Shown here piece after piece: positions 1 to 12,576 of a stretch of 64,000 nucleotides of DNA. The stretch is from assembly GCA_051362555.1 (NCBI GenBank), contig CM120648.1, forward strand, positions 12,458,587-12,522,586, written 5' to 3'. The position numbers and the translations under genes were made by a program. How positions within the stretch are numbered: the first letter of the stretch is position 1; every line of letters starts with the position of its first letter. Under the pieces are notes generated by a model that did no database searches, was not told the origin of the DNA, and was given only the letters and a program-made list of their open reading frames with translations. The stretch is from Lingula anatina (taxonomy: Eukaryota; Animalia; Brachiopoda).

Positions 1-1820
1 CATAAAATGGGAGGGTTTGTAAGTTTTTCTATAAGCGTTTCGAATGCTTTCTGGTGCTCCTCCTTCCATACCCAATGGGCGGCTCCCTTCTTTCGTTGTT
101 CTTCTTTGGTCAGCTCGTAGAGAGGTTTTGCTATTTTCGCGAAGTCCTTCACAAATTTACGGTAAAACCCAGCAAAACCTAAAAACCGTTGTGTCTCTTT
201 AATGTTAGTTGGAGTTTTCCATTGTCTCAAACAATTTATGTTTTCTGAATCACATTCAATGCCTGCACTTGAAACAATGTGCCCTAAATACTTTATTCTC
301 CTTTTTAAAAATTGACACTTTGAAGGCTTAAGCTTCAACCCTGCTTTTTTTAATCGACACAACACCTCTCTGATTCTTGAAACGTGTTCATCAATACCGT
401 CTCCTGAAAACACAATAATGTCATCGAGATACACCATGCAAGTTTTCAAATTCAAATCCCCTATCACTTTCTCCATTAGATTTTGAAATGTTGCTGGACT
501 GTTAGTCAAACCCATAGCCATTCTATTACATTCATAAAAACCCAGTGGGCCAACAGTAAATGCAGTTTTTGCTTTATCAGCTTCTTTTAGCTCCACTTGC
601 CAGTATCCGCTACATAAATCTAGAGAAGAAAACCATACTGCACCTTTTAACGCGTCCAATGTCTCCTCAATTCGCGGTAACGGGTGTGCATTTCATACTG
701 TGCGGCTATTTAATTTCCTGTAATCTATACAGAAACGGATTGTCCCATCTTTTTTCCTCACAAGAACAACGTTTGACGCCCAAGGACTGGACGACTCTCT
801 GATGACTCCTGCACTCTTCATTTCTTCCAGATACTCCCTAACTTCTTCATACAGAGCTGGAGGTATACGTCTGGAACGGTCTTTAAATGGGCGATCATCT
901 GACAATTCTATTTCATGTTTCACTATTGATGTTTTCCCCAGATCCATCTTATGTTTAGCAAATGCAGATCTCTGCTCCAACAATAATTCTTTAAGTCGCG
1001 AAACACCTTCCGTTTCTTCCGGTAAGTTGAACTGAGCTAAAAATCTTTCATCATCATCTTCACTGGATGGGTCCATTATGGTAACTTGATGGAGTTGAGC
1101 AATCGTTGTACCAGGCTGCACAGTGACTGGTCTTGAATTATGGTTTGTGATCTCAATCTCGATCTGTCCATTTTTCGTGAGACTAACCACTCCCGGTGTA
1201 ACATGCAACTCACCTTCACCATGAACATTGTCTCCTGACCCCATATTACCCTGTACCATCACAATTGTTCTGGGTATTGGAATAATAACTTGTGATGCAC
1301 AACACAAAATTGTCGACTGGTTTGGACCAATTTCCCTCTTCTCTACACATTTGATTAAACCATATACCCCATCTGTTTTTTCTAAATGCCTTTTTCTCAA
1401 CCCTACCGTTTGTAAAGCTAAACTCACAGGTTTATTTACACTCACCTTTGTTTCACCATTGTTTTTCTTCATTTCCAGTTGATCATATAATCTATCAAGC
1501 ACATTTGTACCTATCAACAAAGGAATTCTCCCGTTGTATTCAGTATCTGGTGCTACCAGCACCGGGAATACACCTACCTTATGTGGCGATCCATCAACCG
1601 GAACAGCTACCTCCAATTCCACATAGCAGGAATACGGTAGTTTTTCATCAAGTGGTCCCTTTACTAATAAAATTTTATCAATGGCATGTTTAGGCAGATA
1701 TGGAAATTGACTTTCTATAAAAGAACTACTTACACACGTGACCATTGATCCCGAGTCAATTAACGCATATGCACAAATATCATCTACAATTGCAACTGTT
1801 TCATTAGCACTACCCACTAG
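1..1820 (-). pseudogene. pol: Gypsy pol: aspartic protease, dUTPase-like segment, reverse transcriptase; in-frame TGA at 693-695
   Basis: LIDSGS protease motif; SPWASNVVLVRKKDGTIRFCIDYRKLN. After the TGA (probably CGA>TGA) the same frame continues NAHPLPRIEETL...SGYWQ...YLDD (~420-431)...YLGH...FLGFAGFYRKF to the window edge. Confidence 0.93.
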
Positions 1821-1867
1821 ATTTTGACATAAAGTTTGGACTTCGCGTCTAAGTCGAGTCTCACTTT

Positions 1868-1927
1868 GGGATCTTTCTCCCCTTTGGTCCCCAGTGATCC
1901 CTCCTTGGAAACCATTACTTGTTTAAA
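1868..1927 (-). promoter_or_regulatory. -1 ribosomal frameshift signal (U UUA AAC + H-type pseudoknot)
   Basis: Slippery heptamer 1927-1921 in gag frame; 6-nt spacer; stem1 UGGUUUCCA/UGGGGACCA; stem2 GGGAUC/GAUCCC. Confidence 0.8.
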
Positions 1928-2961
1928 GTTCTCTGAAGTAATTTCTCTTGCACCAACTCCGCGTTAGATGCCTTCTTACAAGCATCAACCAAATGACCAT
2001 CCTCACCACATTTATAGCAGAAAATCTTCCTTCTAGAATTCGAACCCATTGTCCTTTTCTCATACTTGGGTTTCACAGGCTTGTTTGCAGATTTGTCTGG
2101 TTTAGCAGTTGTCGTTGACTTACATTGTTCCTTGGCCTCCAACTTTTCCACTCGAGCCTGTAACTCAGCAATCTTCTTTTTATCTTCAAGCTCGCTGCTA
2201 GTCATCTCATCTGGAACAGACATGGAACTCACCCTTCCCTCTTTCTTCCGTGCCAATCGTAGCTTTTTCTCTGTGCGTCTCGCTTCTTCCTTTCTAACTA
2301 ACAAAAGTAGTTCAGCAAAACTAGGAGGGTTATCGATTTTTTCCAACCCAAGTTTATTAATCATTTCATCATCAAAGCAACCTCGAATGAATTGTCTCAA
2401 AAGATTCTCTGGTACCTCTCTAACACCCATGCCTCCTCTCTCTACCACTTGCATTGCCTGCAGGTACAACCTCTGCAGGTACTGAGATGGAGTTTCTTTT
2501 TCTTTCTGATAATTGACAAAAAATTGCACGAGAAGTTCTTTACCGTCGACAACAATGCCATAAACCGACTCTAAAACTTCGACTATCTGCACTGCAGTAA
2601 AGGCTTCTCTTACCGTGTCTAATGCAGGTCTTAACAAACTTTGTCTAATTATACGCGTAGCTTCCACATTATCCGTTTCCCCTCGAATATCTGCCAAGAG
2701 TGGCTCTACTTGAAATTTCCACGTTTCAAAATCTACTTCTCCATGCGGCACTGGAGTTTTACCAGAAAAAAGTCTCAACTTGCGGGAATAACCTCCGAAA
2801 TGCGATGTAAATAATGAACGTTGGGGTGCGTCTCCCCGACTCGTCCCAGCCGTAGCAGAAGCAGCGGCACCTCTTGCCGACTCGGGACTCAATAATTGTA
2901 ACACCGTGGCTTTGTCGTCTGCACTTAAAGCTTCTAATTGCTCACGTAATTGGGTATCCAT
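1915..2961 (-). CDS. gag: Gypsy Gag, PNMA/paraneoplastic-Ma-like capsid with CCHC zinc knuckle
   Basis: ATG at 2961 (MDTQL); YSRKLRLFSGKTPVPHGEVDFETW, YQKEKETPSQYLQRL, CYKCGEDGHLVDAC. Confidence 0.9.
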   Translation of the reverse strand: MDTQLREQLEALSADDKATVLQLLSPESARGAAASATAGTSRGDAPQRSLFTSHFGGYSRKLRLFSGKTPVPHGEVDFETWKFQVEPLLADIRGETDNVEATRIIRQSLLRPALDTVREAFTAVQIVEVLESVYGIVVDGKELLVQFFVNYQKEKETPSQYLQRLYLQAMQVVERGGMGVREVPENLLRQFIRGCFDDEMINKLGLEKIDNPPSFAELLLLVRKEEARRTEKKLRLARKKEGRVSSMSVPDEMTSSELEDKKKIAELQARVEKLEAKEQCKSTTTAKPDKSANKPVKPKYEKRTMGSNSRRKIFCYKCGEDGHLVDACKKASNAELVQEKLLQRTLNK

Positions 2962-5661
2962 ATTTACAGCGTCAATCCAAACAAATGCAACACACACAAG
3001 CGACACTCACAAGTGCTCACCAAATGTAAGAAAAAATACAATGCAATTAATCAAAAAGTTAAAAAAATATGACGGTAATAAATAAATTTGGAATGTAATT
3101 GACAAACAAAATAAAAAGATGACTATAAGTATATAAAAATATTGAAAAAAAAAAAATTGAAAGCAATGAATAATTTTGCAATTTCAAAACAAAACAAAAA
3201 TATAATAATAATGATACAAAAATTATGAAAAAAAAATGATGGCAAAAATAATTTTGTGATGTGATTGGCTGAACAAAATACAAATAAAAAAATAAAAGTG
3301 ATGAAAAGAAAGAAAAAAATGAAGGACGCCTGACAAAATTGCAATATTCAGCTAAATTTAGAAAATATTTGACAAATGCCCTTATAAATTATGTAAACTT
3401 ATGTAAACTAGTAACAGAAATTAATTACAATTCCTATCTAGAGTAATTACTAAACCACTTAGAAATTAATTTACTTAATACAATTCTCAATTTAAACAGA
3501 ATCTTAAAGAACTTTAAATGAAAGTAATGGCAGAACAACAATTTACTGAAATAATTGACTAAGTAATGAAATAGTCTAATCTGCCATTGTAATTAAGTAA
3601 AAAAATTAAGTAAAGTTTAAATGAATTAAGTTAGATTTGGTAAATCACACAGGATAAGTGTTAATGTAGGATTTAATGAAAATTAAAGGTAATGCAATTA
3701 TTGGCAGAAAAAAAATGATTAAATAAATAACTGAATGACACAAATCCAATCACAACAATTAAACAAACGAAAAAAAAAACAAAAACGGAAACTAAATAAC
3801 TAAACCAAAATGAAAGGGACTTGATTTACAGAATAAACTGATTACAAAAGTAATAAATTAACAAAATAAAAAGATTATAATCACTACCAAACAAAAATAT
3901 GCTCAATATAAACAAACCAGATTAAGATGGTAAGTCCAATTATAAATCAAACTATAAGCAATTAGTATGTAAATAAGATAAAGAAAGAAGAAAAAAATCA
4001 AAACTTAATATTCTATATAAAGTAAAATAAAGTAACTGAAGATTTGATAATTAAATAAACTAAATGCAAATTATAAATATAAATAAATCTGTAATTCTAT
4101 TAATAGTAATCAGTCAAGTTAGGTGGATTGGCAGCAGTTCAATATTAAAATACACTGGGGTGTTATAGCACTACTCTTTACATGCCATGCTATTGCACAA
4201 AGCACACAATATTGAACGGACTGAACTAATGTCACAGGGATATACACAGCCAAATCCCAATTACAAAGTAACACAACATCACATAGGAACGCACTCCAAT
4301 GGGGTGTAAATAACTAAACGCTACAATATAAACACCGGATCTTACGTCACAGGTACATGCACTACTCTACAATAAAATTACAGGGTGGAAGCGCAACATT
4401 GTGACACACACAGTGACACCACTAGGGAAATGGATCAATTACACAAATCATTGGTTAAAAGAACAACAACTGTTACACACAGAAGCATAAGCAATGGATT
4501 GGATCACGATCTAGTGAAACAGCACAATTACGATCACAGTCAACGGACTGGAGGTAGCGCAGTAAACAGCTGCACATATAAAGCTACACACATGCAACAC
4601 AGAGGTATCACATTCGGCTGCACACGTAAAGTTACAAACATGCACAAGGAGGTATTACTACAACTGACTGGCTTGACATAAAAAGCAACATATAGGTCAA
4701 CAAAACAAGTATTATGTACAATGTTTAGCTACACACGAAAAGCAACACAAAGACAAGCAAGACATAAAATTGTGTATACTTATCGTTTGCCGCACCTCCT
4801 CAGAATCCTCCGTCGAATGGAAATAATGACTAAATACAGTAACCCGTTTATCCCAACTAATGTCCGATAATAATAACGGTATACAAAGTCAAAATTGTCT
4901 ATTCACAAATGTCCGTTCAAATGTCCAATGTCATTACTCTAGTCCTCGTCCTCCATATCGCTTGGGGCACCAATTCAGCTACCTGTGGCGGCGGCTCCCA
5001 ATCCAGAAATTGGCGTTGTCTGAACGCTGTCGTCTGCGGCACGGGGAAGAAGTCCGTAACACAGGAGAGCAACCACTCAGTCCAGAAAGCGGCGTGCAAG
5101 AAGGCAACCACTCAGTCCAAAAATCGGTCTTGTCTGAACGCTGTCGTCTACGGCACGGGGCAATAGTCCGATATACAGGAGGAGACAAAAACACAGGAGT
5201 GTAAATAGTTCTGCCGCTGGGCGTCAACACACTACTTCCAAATCGATTGCAGAACGACCAGCACTCTCCAACTCTACTGTCCGGATGACAAACACACTAG
5301 ACACATCAAAGCCGAATACGTCCCCACCTGTTCCGATGGCAATCAAAGTGATGTCCCCGGGACAAATTCCAAATATAATGAGCTAGGTTCTCACAATGCG
5401 ATCGACGCAAATGTCTCTCTAACGAAGTCTAATAAGCACTTCGTGTATCTTTACGTACAGGTAACTATCAGTCGTTACGATGATAAGTTGACGATTATTT
5501 TGACATCTCACCTTGTAGCAGGGTGTGACTGGTTGAAAATCCGATCCCTCCTTTACGGTGGGCGGCTTTATTGTTCAGCTGTGAAGTATATTCACTGTTT
5601 GTTCGCTATCAACCAAAAAGTTCAGAGGATCGTCAATATCATTGAAAAGAGGAATACATGG

Positions 5662-5679
5662 ATCCTGTCGACTGCGCCA
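5662..5679 (-). promoter_or_regulatory. Primer-binding site, probably tRNA-Ser
   Basis: TGGCGCAGTCGACAGGAT on - strand, 2 nt from the LTR end; complementary to a tRNA-Ser-type 3' end (ATCCTGTCGACTGCGCCA). Confidence 0.85.
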
Positions 5680-5681
5680 TT

Positions 5682-5881
5682 TGTAACCGAGTATCACAAA
5701 CAACGACTGAATATAAGAATTATCAGCTTCTTTATTACTGTACATGCCAACTCGACAGTGTGAGTAAAAATGACCCAGAATACTATTGAGCGGGTAATTT
5801 ATATGTCCCGCTCACGTGACTAATAAAAGCTCACGTGACTACAAAAAAGGGCGGGAATGCTTACGTAATAACCCTATTACA
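5682..5881 (-). repeat. 5' LTR (200 bp)
   Basis: TGTAA...TTACA termini; - strand TATAAA near 5800 and AATAAA at 5731-5736; two TCACGTGA E-boxes and a GGGCGG. Confidence 0.85.
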
Positions 5882-6935
5882 TACAGGAAGGAAGATTCAG
5901 CTGTAATCAAATGGCCCACTGGCTGCAGTGTTTCTTTTTTTTTTTTTTTTTTTAATATAAATGTCAAATAATCAGGAAATAAATCATGCTAAATAACTGT
6001 GATAAATATATAATTTGAAGGCCCCATCTGCATGTCACATGATTTGTGTCACATGATATTTAGGAATCAAACCAGTTCAAGGTCAGTTGTTTGCTGCTTA
6101 GGAGTAATGTGTGGATCATAGAACCTTATGTGAAATTTGAGGTTAGTTTGAAACTTTTTAGAGTGAATAAAGGTGTTTATTTGCTTGAAGGACGGCAAAA
6201 ATGGGTATTTTATTCAATGGTTTTGCGCGGGAGTAAATTTCCGCTGATTTTGACAACTTCCCAAATTTTCCGTCTAGACTGACAAACCAAAGAGTGTGCG
6301 GGATTGTCCTTTAAAAATTGAAAACCTTTATGTGTTAGCAATCATTTTTCGCAATTTAAGCGAATTTTATATTTGTAAACAAATTTCTCACATTATAGTC
6401 CCTCCCTAGGCATATGCGTTTTTGGTTTTGTAAAAAATGCTGTCCTCTGTATTCAGGACGCGCTGGTAAGAATTCTTGACAGTTTATTGTTAAAACTATT
6501 CTCTTTTTCGACAGAAGCACAAATGCTTATTCACTTTCTCAAATATAAAAGTTCAAGCCACAGTAGATTTTTTGCAATATAGATTTAAGTGCAACGTACT
6601 TATTTTCAATGAGTCGCCCTTCTCGTGCTATTTTGTTGCGCGGACGTAGCAAATGGACAATCATGACGTGCTGAAGTACACTGCTTTTCGACAGTATGTG
6701 TCCTACTGATTAAGGTTGAAAGTAGACCAAAAGTAAAAAAAAAAAAAAAAGAAATGCCGCATGGCCACAAAACCTTCCGATGGGAAGTCAACGAAAGTGG
6801 TGACACATCACTTATTATAACACAGAATCGAGAATTGACGCTGGGTAACATTAATGTGGGAAATGAAAATGGTGCATCCACGATTGCCGATAATGCCACG
6901 ACTGTGGTGGGAAAATCAGTGCAGCATTGAATTAA

Positions 6936-7282
6936 AGGGATAATAATTCTTGTTATGAGATCTACGTATATTTCACAATAAAAACATTGTGAACAACTCA
7001 TAGAAATAAAATATATTCTGTTGTACCACAAAAAAAACGGCAGTTATAGCTATTATTCTGATATCTGAGCTTGTCATTGGACCACAAGACCTCCATAGAT
7101 GGCTATACTCTGTTATAATCTCTTAAGAGATTATAACAAAAAAAAACTTTTTAGAAAAAAATAAAAACAGGGACTAACTTTGAATGTAAAAATGGATTCT
7201 TTAACCATTGGTAAGTATGGGAAAATTGTTGTCAACTCCAGGAAAATTCATTTTTTGGCCAAAGCGAAGAGTTATTATCCCT
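6936..7282. mobile_element. TTAA-flanked MITE (Kolobok-like AG...CT termini), copy 1
   Basis: TIR AGGGATAATAA/TTATTATCCCT, TTAA on both sides, internal palindrome; other copies at 23461-23797, 56172-56475 and partial ~60880-61020. Confidence 0.75.
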
Positions 7283-9302
7283 TTAATAGCTGGCTCACTG
7301 AAGAATATGCAAGATATTTTCAGAAGAAAACAAAGTCAGGTATGATTATCCTTCTCATGTTTATTATGTAGAGAAAATCTCTGATGACACATCATTGTTT
7401 AGTGAAGCTTGGAATTCAGATCATATGGTCGAGATGGCAGATGCTGCCCATGAAGAAGATGCTCACAAAGTTTTAATTTTTTCAATTTACTTCATGTATT
7501 AAAACAAGAATTATTATCAATTTTGTTTTCTTTTGTACATGTAGGGATGTAGGGTGGGTGTAAAAAGACTGATATACTTTTTTTGATATCCACTCATAAA
7601 ATTTACTGAATGGAATTAATGGAGATTGTCAGTTTTAGAGGAGGGTAGACCACCTTCTCTTTGCATTGTGGTGTATAGCATTGCACTATGGATTAATTCT
7701 ACTAGGTGACTGCTTTGAAAGAAATAAGCTATCCACCCAGCAGGCAAATTATGTTGTTTTAACTTTGAAACAACATTGAACCATAACGTTGAGAAGACAT
7801 TGGATAAACGTTGGATTTGAAAGTTGTGTCAACCTCATATAACAACGTTGTATCAACGTCAGAAAACGATGTTATATCAACCCCACCAAGCAGGAAATTA
7901 GCCTGGATGTGTTTAGCAGTAGGACATGTTTGATGGCTAAATATACGGTAATGTGCCAAGCATTTCGACGGGCCCAGTCAATCCGACGAAAAAAATTATA
8001 TTATAAAATTAATTTTTCAGGGCTCAAACATTTAGTCCATACGTCAAAATCATGCGACAGAATTTTTTTCTTGTTCCGATTGTTCGACAACATCGTCGGC
8101 AAGACTCGGTATTTTCAAGCCAGTGAAATAGATGCTGCATGTCTTGGCCTTTTGTCAATTGTTGTCCTTTCAATAGCTTTTGTCAATGAGGAAGAAACAA
8201 TTAACTGAAGATCTAATCTGCAAGCGAGACGTACCTGTCATTTCCTTTGTCCCCGATGACAATAATAGTGCTTATAGACATACAATTTGTGCTAATTTAG
8301 CAGACTTGCCCTCGCTGACTGATTCTGGGGGGGGGTGGGGGGGATGTCTGTTCTGGATGAAACCAAATGTCGATATGTAGTAAACAGTAGGATATGTAGT
8401 AAACATCTTCATATAGACCATACATAGCGTATGCTAGCAATAAAAATTTTGTGAAGAATAAGCAATATGTTTTCAAGTTTGACTGAAATATATATGCAGG
8501 GGGAACGTTCTTGAAATTCAGTGCCGCGAGATCCTACTACAGTCGACTGAAAGATCAGTGAGATGGAACGCCTAGACTTCTTGGCGCCAAGTACCACGTG
8601 CTGTCAAAATCTGGCTGGATGCTATTACTCTGTAGATATTCACCGACTTGGAGGTCCGTTTTGTCAACAATAAAAATAACGTCTTTCTTGTTAGAAAAAA
8701 ACAGTAACTTATATGGCGGTGAAAAGGGGAGCTTTACAGAGAGTTTCACTGGGTATTTATGTTACTAGTGAGTCACTTTTTATTTCCCCAGATGCATGAA
8801 ACGTTGATATTATTTAGCGTAATCCGTGAAGAACTCCATTCCTGTGACCCCCTTGCCCCACAATGGGACCGTCTTCATTAACATGTGGTGTGCGCTAGTT
8901 ATGCTGGAGCAGACCAGATAATACCAGTCTCGTTTGCTCAATTCTCACGTCAAATTATAAATGCTTCTGTTTTGTGTAAATTATGGCAATTAAATGCTTA
9001 TTTTATGTACGGGTTGTATCAGTGGGGTTTTCAATATGCACTGTGGCTTGTGCACAGCGAGTGTATATATGTAAGAAAATCGGAAGAGTGCCAACAAGAT
9101 ACATTGTATGTCTATCGGCACAGGTAGGCTCCGTAAATTGCCTTTTCTCAATATGTTTTAATATGACATGATTTTTAAATTAAATACTGAAAAGTTATTT
9201 AAAGTTAATTTACACAGAATTCCGTTTAAGTACCACTTGGTATTCTTTGATAGGGGCACATGAATTTTCTTCGGAAATGCGTACTAAGTACGTCTACGCC
9301 TT

Positions 9303-9642
9303 CACTAGTGGGCTGGATTTGGTCTTAAAGTGCAATTTAAGTTCTCAAGTGATCTTACACGATCTTAAAAATTACAGCAGTAGTCTTAAAATGAACTGAA
9401 TCTGCTTTTAAGATCAAAAATGATCTAACATCTACTTAAGTGGTCAAGCAGTTTCCTCCCCTCACAATGGGGGATACCTCCTCTCACAATAGAGGACACC
9501 TCTGCTCACAATAGGAGAATGTGTCAGGGGAGACAACTTAATTGGCTGTTAGACCAGAAATAGTCTTACTCACGGTTTAAGATCATGTAAGACTATTTGT
9601 GAACTTAAATTGCACTTTAAGACCAAATCAAGCCCACTAGTG
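9303..9642. mobile_element. CACTA-type MITE
   Basis: CACTAGTGGG...CCCACTAGTG, ~65-bp TIR, 3-bp TSD CTT (9300-9302 / 9643-9645). Confidence 0.85.
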
Positions 9643-10026
9643 CTTGCTAGTTGAAAACAGCTGATCTCAGACTGGTAAAAAATATCTCAATTTGGTTGTT
9701 TTCAGTCGACATATTAAAATTCAAATAGGGCGTACGTAGACCACATAACTGGTTTAAGTCTGGTAAAGCTACCGGTTTCAAATATAAGTGACCGGGCACT
9801 GTTTACAAATGTGTGGGGAAAAATGCGGCCCACTTGTGAAGCGCGTCATGAAAGTGATCGTCGGTGAGGGAAATAAATTGATAGAAATTATGAACTGTCG
9901 TCTGTTTGAATCTCAAGTTATGTTAGCACATATCGTACACAGCAAAATAAAATTTCAGAAGGAGGATAAAACGTGCTTGAAACACTTGATAGGTGAAAAT
10001 TGCAGTAGTTCTTGTAGTAGTTCTTT

Positions 10027-10030
<4 letters not shown>

Positions 10031-10074
<44 letters not shown>
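10031..10074. repeat. (TA)n microsatellite
   Basis: Perfect dinucleotide run; similar runs at ~23918, 31510, 35845, 52218. Confidence 0.95.
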
Positions 10075-10080
<6 letters not shown>

Positions 10081-10164
10081 AAGTCACAGTCACCTCAACC
10101 TGTCTATCTATAACAGGTTACCAAGCACTGTTAACTCTGTCACATTTACAGCAACTTGTTCATC

Positions 10165-10397
10165 CTAGGGTGCTTTCCCAGAGATTTAGATCGATCTAAA
10201 GATTAAGTTTTAAGGCGACCTAACTTTCTGGGGGTTCAGGCTAAATTGCAGTCAGCCGAGCGGACACCATAGTTAATTACCCCCTTACAGCTTTTAGTAG
10301 GCGGGACAGACGCTTAAGCCGGCCAAGCTGACAGTAATCTAGTGAGACTCCCCACAGGGATAGATCGATCTAAAATTCTATGGAAATGTGGTGCTAG
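10165..10397. mobile_element. Short palindromic MITE-like repeat family
   Basis: TAGGG..TTCCCAGA..GATCGATC ends; related copies at ~35992-36214, 50603-50864 and 57064-57218. Confidence 0.55.
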
Positions 10398-10534
10398 TGT
10401 TAGCAGACCTTGCAAGGAATTCAGTTTATTGGAATTAATTTCTGAATAACAAGTTAAGAAAATTCACTAGTTCACTAAAGACACAAAACAACTGTCACTT
10501 TTACTTTAAAACCCTTTTGATCCTACCAGTATAA

Positions 10535-10830
10535 GATTTCCTATAGGATTTCCTATAGGATCCAATAGGAAATCTTATAGGATCCTATAGGAAATCTTAT
10601 AGGATCCTGTAGGAAATCCTATAGGAAATCTTATAGGAATTCCTGTAGGATCCTATAGGAAATCTTATAGGATCCTATAGGAAATCCTATAGGATCCTAG
10701 AGGAAATCTTATAGGAAATCCTATAGGATCCTATAGAAAATCTTATAGGATCCTATAGGAAATTCTATAGGAAATCTTATAGGAATTCCTATAGGATCCT
10801 ATAGGAAATCTTATAGGAACCTATAGAATT
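10535..10830. repeat. Array of 10-12-bp palindromic units (ATCCTATAGGAA / ATCTTATAGG)
   Basis: More than 20 CCTATAGG-type units in tandem. Confidence 0.9.
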
Positions 10831-12576
10831 TCATATTAACTGCTTTGAATATTTTTACAGATTTTTATATATTGTTGGATCTTTGGCAAAATTGGTAATA
10901 GGCACTGGTCCCTCAAAACAAAAGAGAGTATCATGTTTACATTCTTTATTCAATATGTATAAATGTATGTACATATTCCACAGTATGGTATGCAACCAGC
11001 TTACTAGAGAATTGTTTTATAGATTTTTGCAAATTTAACGGTGTTGCTTTTTAATTATAATTTCTATAAGTTATCAGAAGGATCTTATCCAATATGTCTT
11101 GTCAAGTTGTGGCGTCACTGTCCTTTTCTTGTGTGCATTCGAACTCCTGCCAGAATGAGTGGCTAAAACCTCCCTTGGCCAGACTGTGTCCATTGTCAGC
11201 ATACTGCTTTAGTCACTTAATAATTGAAGAATTTCAGACAAAAGTCTTTTGCACGTTGTTCAACTTTACTGTGATAGTCTTCTTAACCTCCGTCCGACTT
11301 GTGTTGAACCATTCGCAGACGTATTCTGAAAGAAAGACATTGTGAATTTCAATTAATTGTACATGTAGACCTACAAAAATGCAAAATGATGAAGGTAAAA
11401 TTTCCTAATGAGATCAATAATAATCATTGCACCAATTCTATTTTGAGCAATTCATAGCCTTTATTAGTTAACTGAATTTTTTTCAAAGACAAGGTATTAA
11501 AGCTGGATAATTTGTTAAAAAAAATACAAAGAACATGAACATATTTCATAGGACCAAGCCCACAGGAACAATCAGAAAAGAATTTTAAAATGCAGAAATC
11601 CACAGTCATGTGGAGGAAACTTTACTCTGGTTAAATATGCAATTGGGCCATTACAGAGCTGCCAGGGCCAAGAAAGTCCCAAAAACTCATAGAAAACTAA
11701 TTTCCGAGGGTAAACAGTAATTCCCTATTCTCACCAGTCTTTGCTTGACCTAAATCATCAGTCCAAACCACAAAAAAAGCAACCCCCAAGTTAAAATTTA
11801 TAGCTTTTGTGTAAGCAAAATGGTCAGATTTTCACAATGCACATTTCATTTCCATTATGTATAGGTTAGCAAAAAATATTTTAAACAAACTATGGTGTTT
11901 ACCTCACATTAAGGGTTGAAAAGAAATTAAAAGGAAAGAAAACTTGGCAAATAAACCATCCTGAAGAACGTGAGGTAATGAAATTTGCCCTGACAGCCCC
12001 TCTAACATGTTAATTGTATGTTATTCATTAGCATGGGTCTTTCTCATCTTTTTCATCTTATCATGATGGTCCCTTGGAGGCAGTTGTGGATAACATTAAA
12101 TAGATTATTTTTAATAATTCACAAACCAAAAGTTAAATGAAATGTAAATTGTTTTTTTTTTAGATTCAACTGCATTTCAAGAAATATTTTGATGAGCAAT
12201 TGATCACAGTTTTATAAGAAATAAAGAGACTAAACAGTGTTTCTTTGTTGGCTAAAAGGGAAGCTATACATTATGAATTATAACTTGTTTAATGTAATAT
12301 AGATATGATGTTTACAAGGTACACTACAAATTAGATCAATTATCTCATTTTCAATTTGATTAGATGCATCCATAACTGCAAGGTTGTGTCATTGACCAAA
12401 ATACAACGTTTAGTCAACGTCACATTATGACGGTGTTTCGACGTGGCTGGATCAATGTTGATTTTACGTTGAATTTAGGTAGATCAACGGCAATTCAACG
12501 TATTAACCTGTTTTCAACGTTGATCCAAAGCAACTATGCCTGCTGGGAACATTTCAGTCAAAATTACAAGAGACTA

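Larger units (their letters stand above)
1..5881 (-). mobile_element. Ty3/Gypsy LTR retrotransposon, 5' part (LTR, PBS, long leader, gag, PR-RT); continues beyond window start
   Basis: TG...CA LTR 5682-5881, PBS 2 nt inside it, gag with CCHC knuckle, then protease followed by RT (Gypsy order). Confidence 0.95.
7736..12547. mobile_element. Putative large non-autonomous TIR element (CCCAGCAGGCA termini, EnSpm/CMC-like) with nested elements
   Basis: CCCAGCAGGCA at 7736 and TGCCTGCTGGG ending 12547, both with subterminal CAACGTT(G) repeats; no matching TSD seen. Confidence 0.5.

Noticed and set aside
693-695. Programmed TGA readthrough or selenocysteine in RT
   Set aside because: The position normally holds a basic residue; CGA>TGA CpG decay is the simpler explanation
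560-2574. + strand ORFs over gag/pol, and antisense ORFs over LINEs and PKD1-like exons
   Set aside because: Shadow ORFs of real coding strands
7290-7470. Possible exon-like segment (AG|AGAAAATCT...)
   Set aside because: No recognisable domain and no good donor or phase link to the CTL exon
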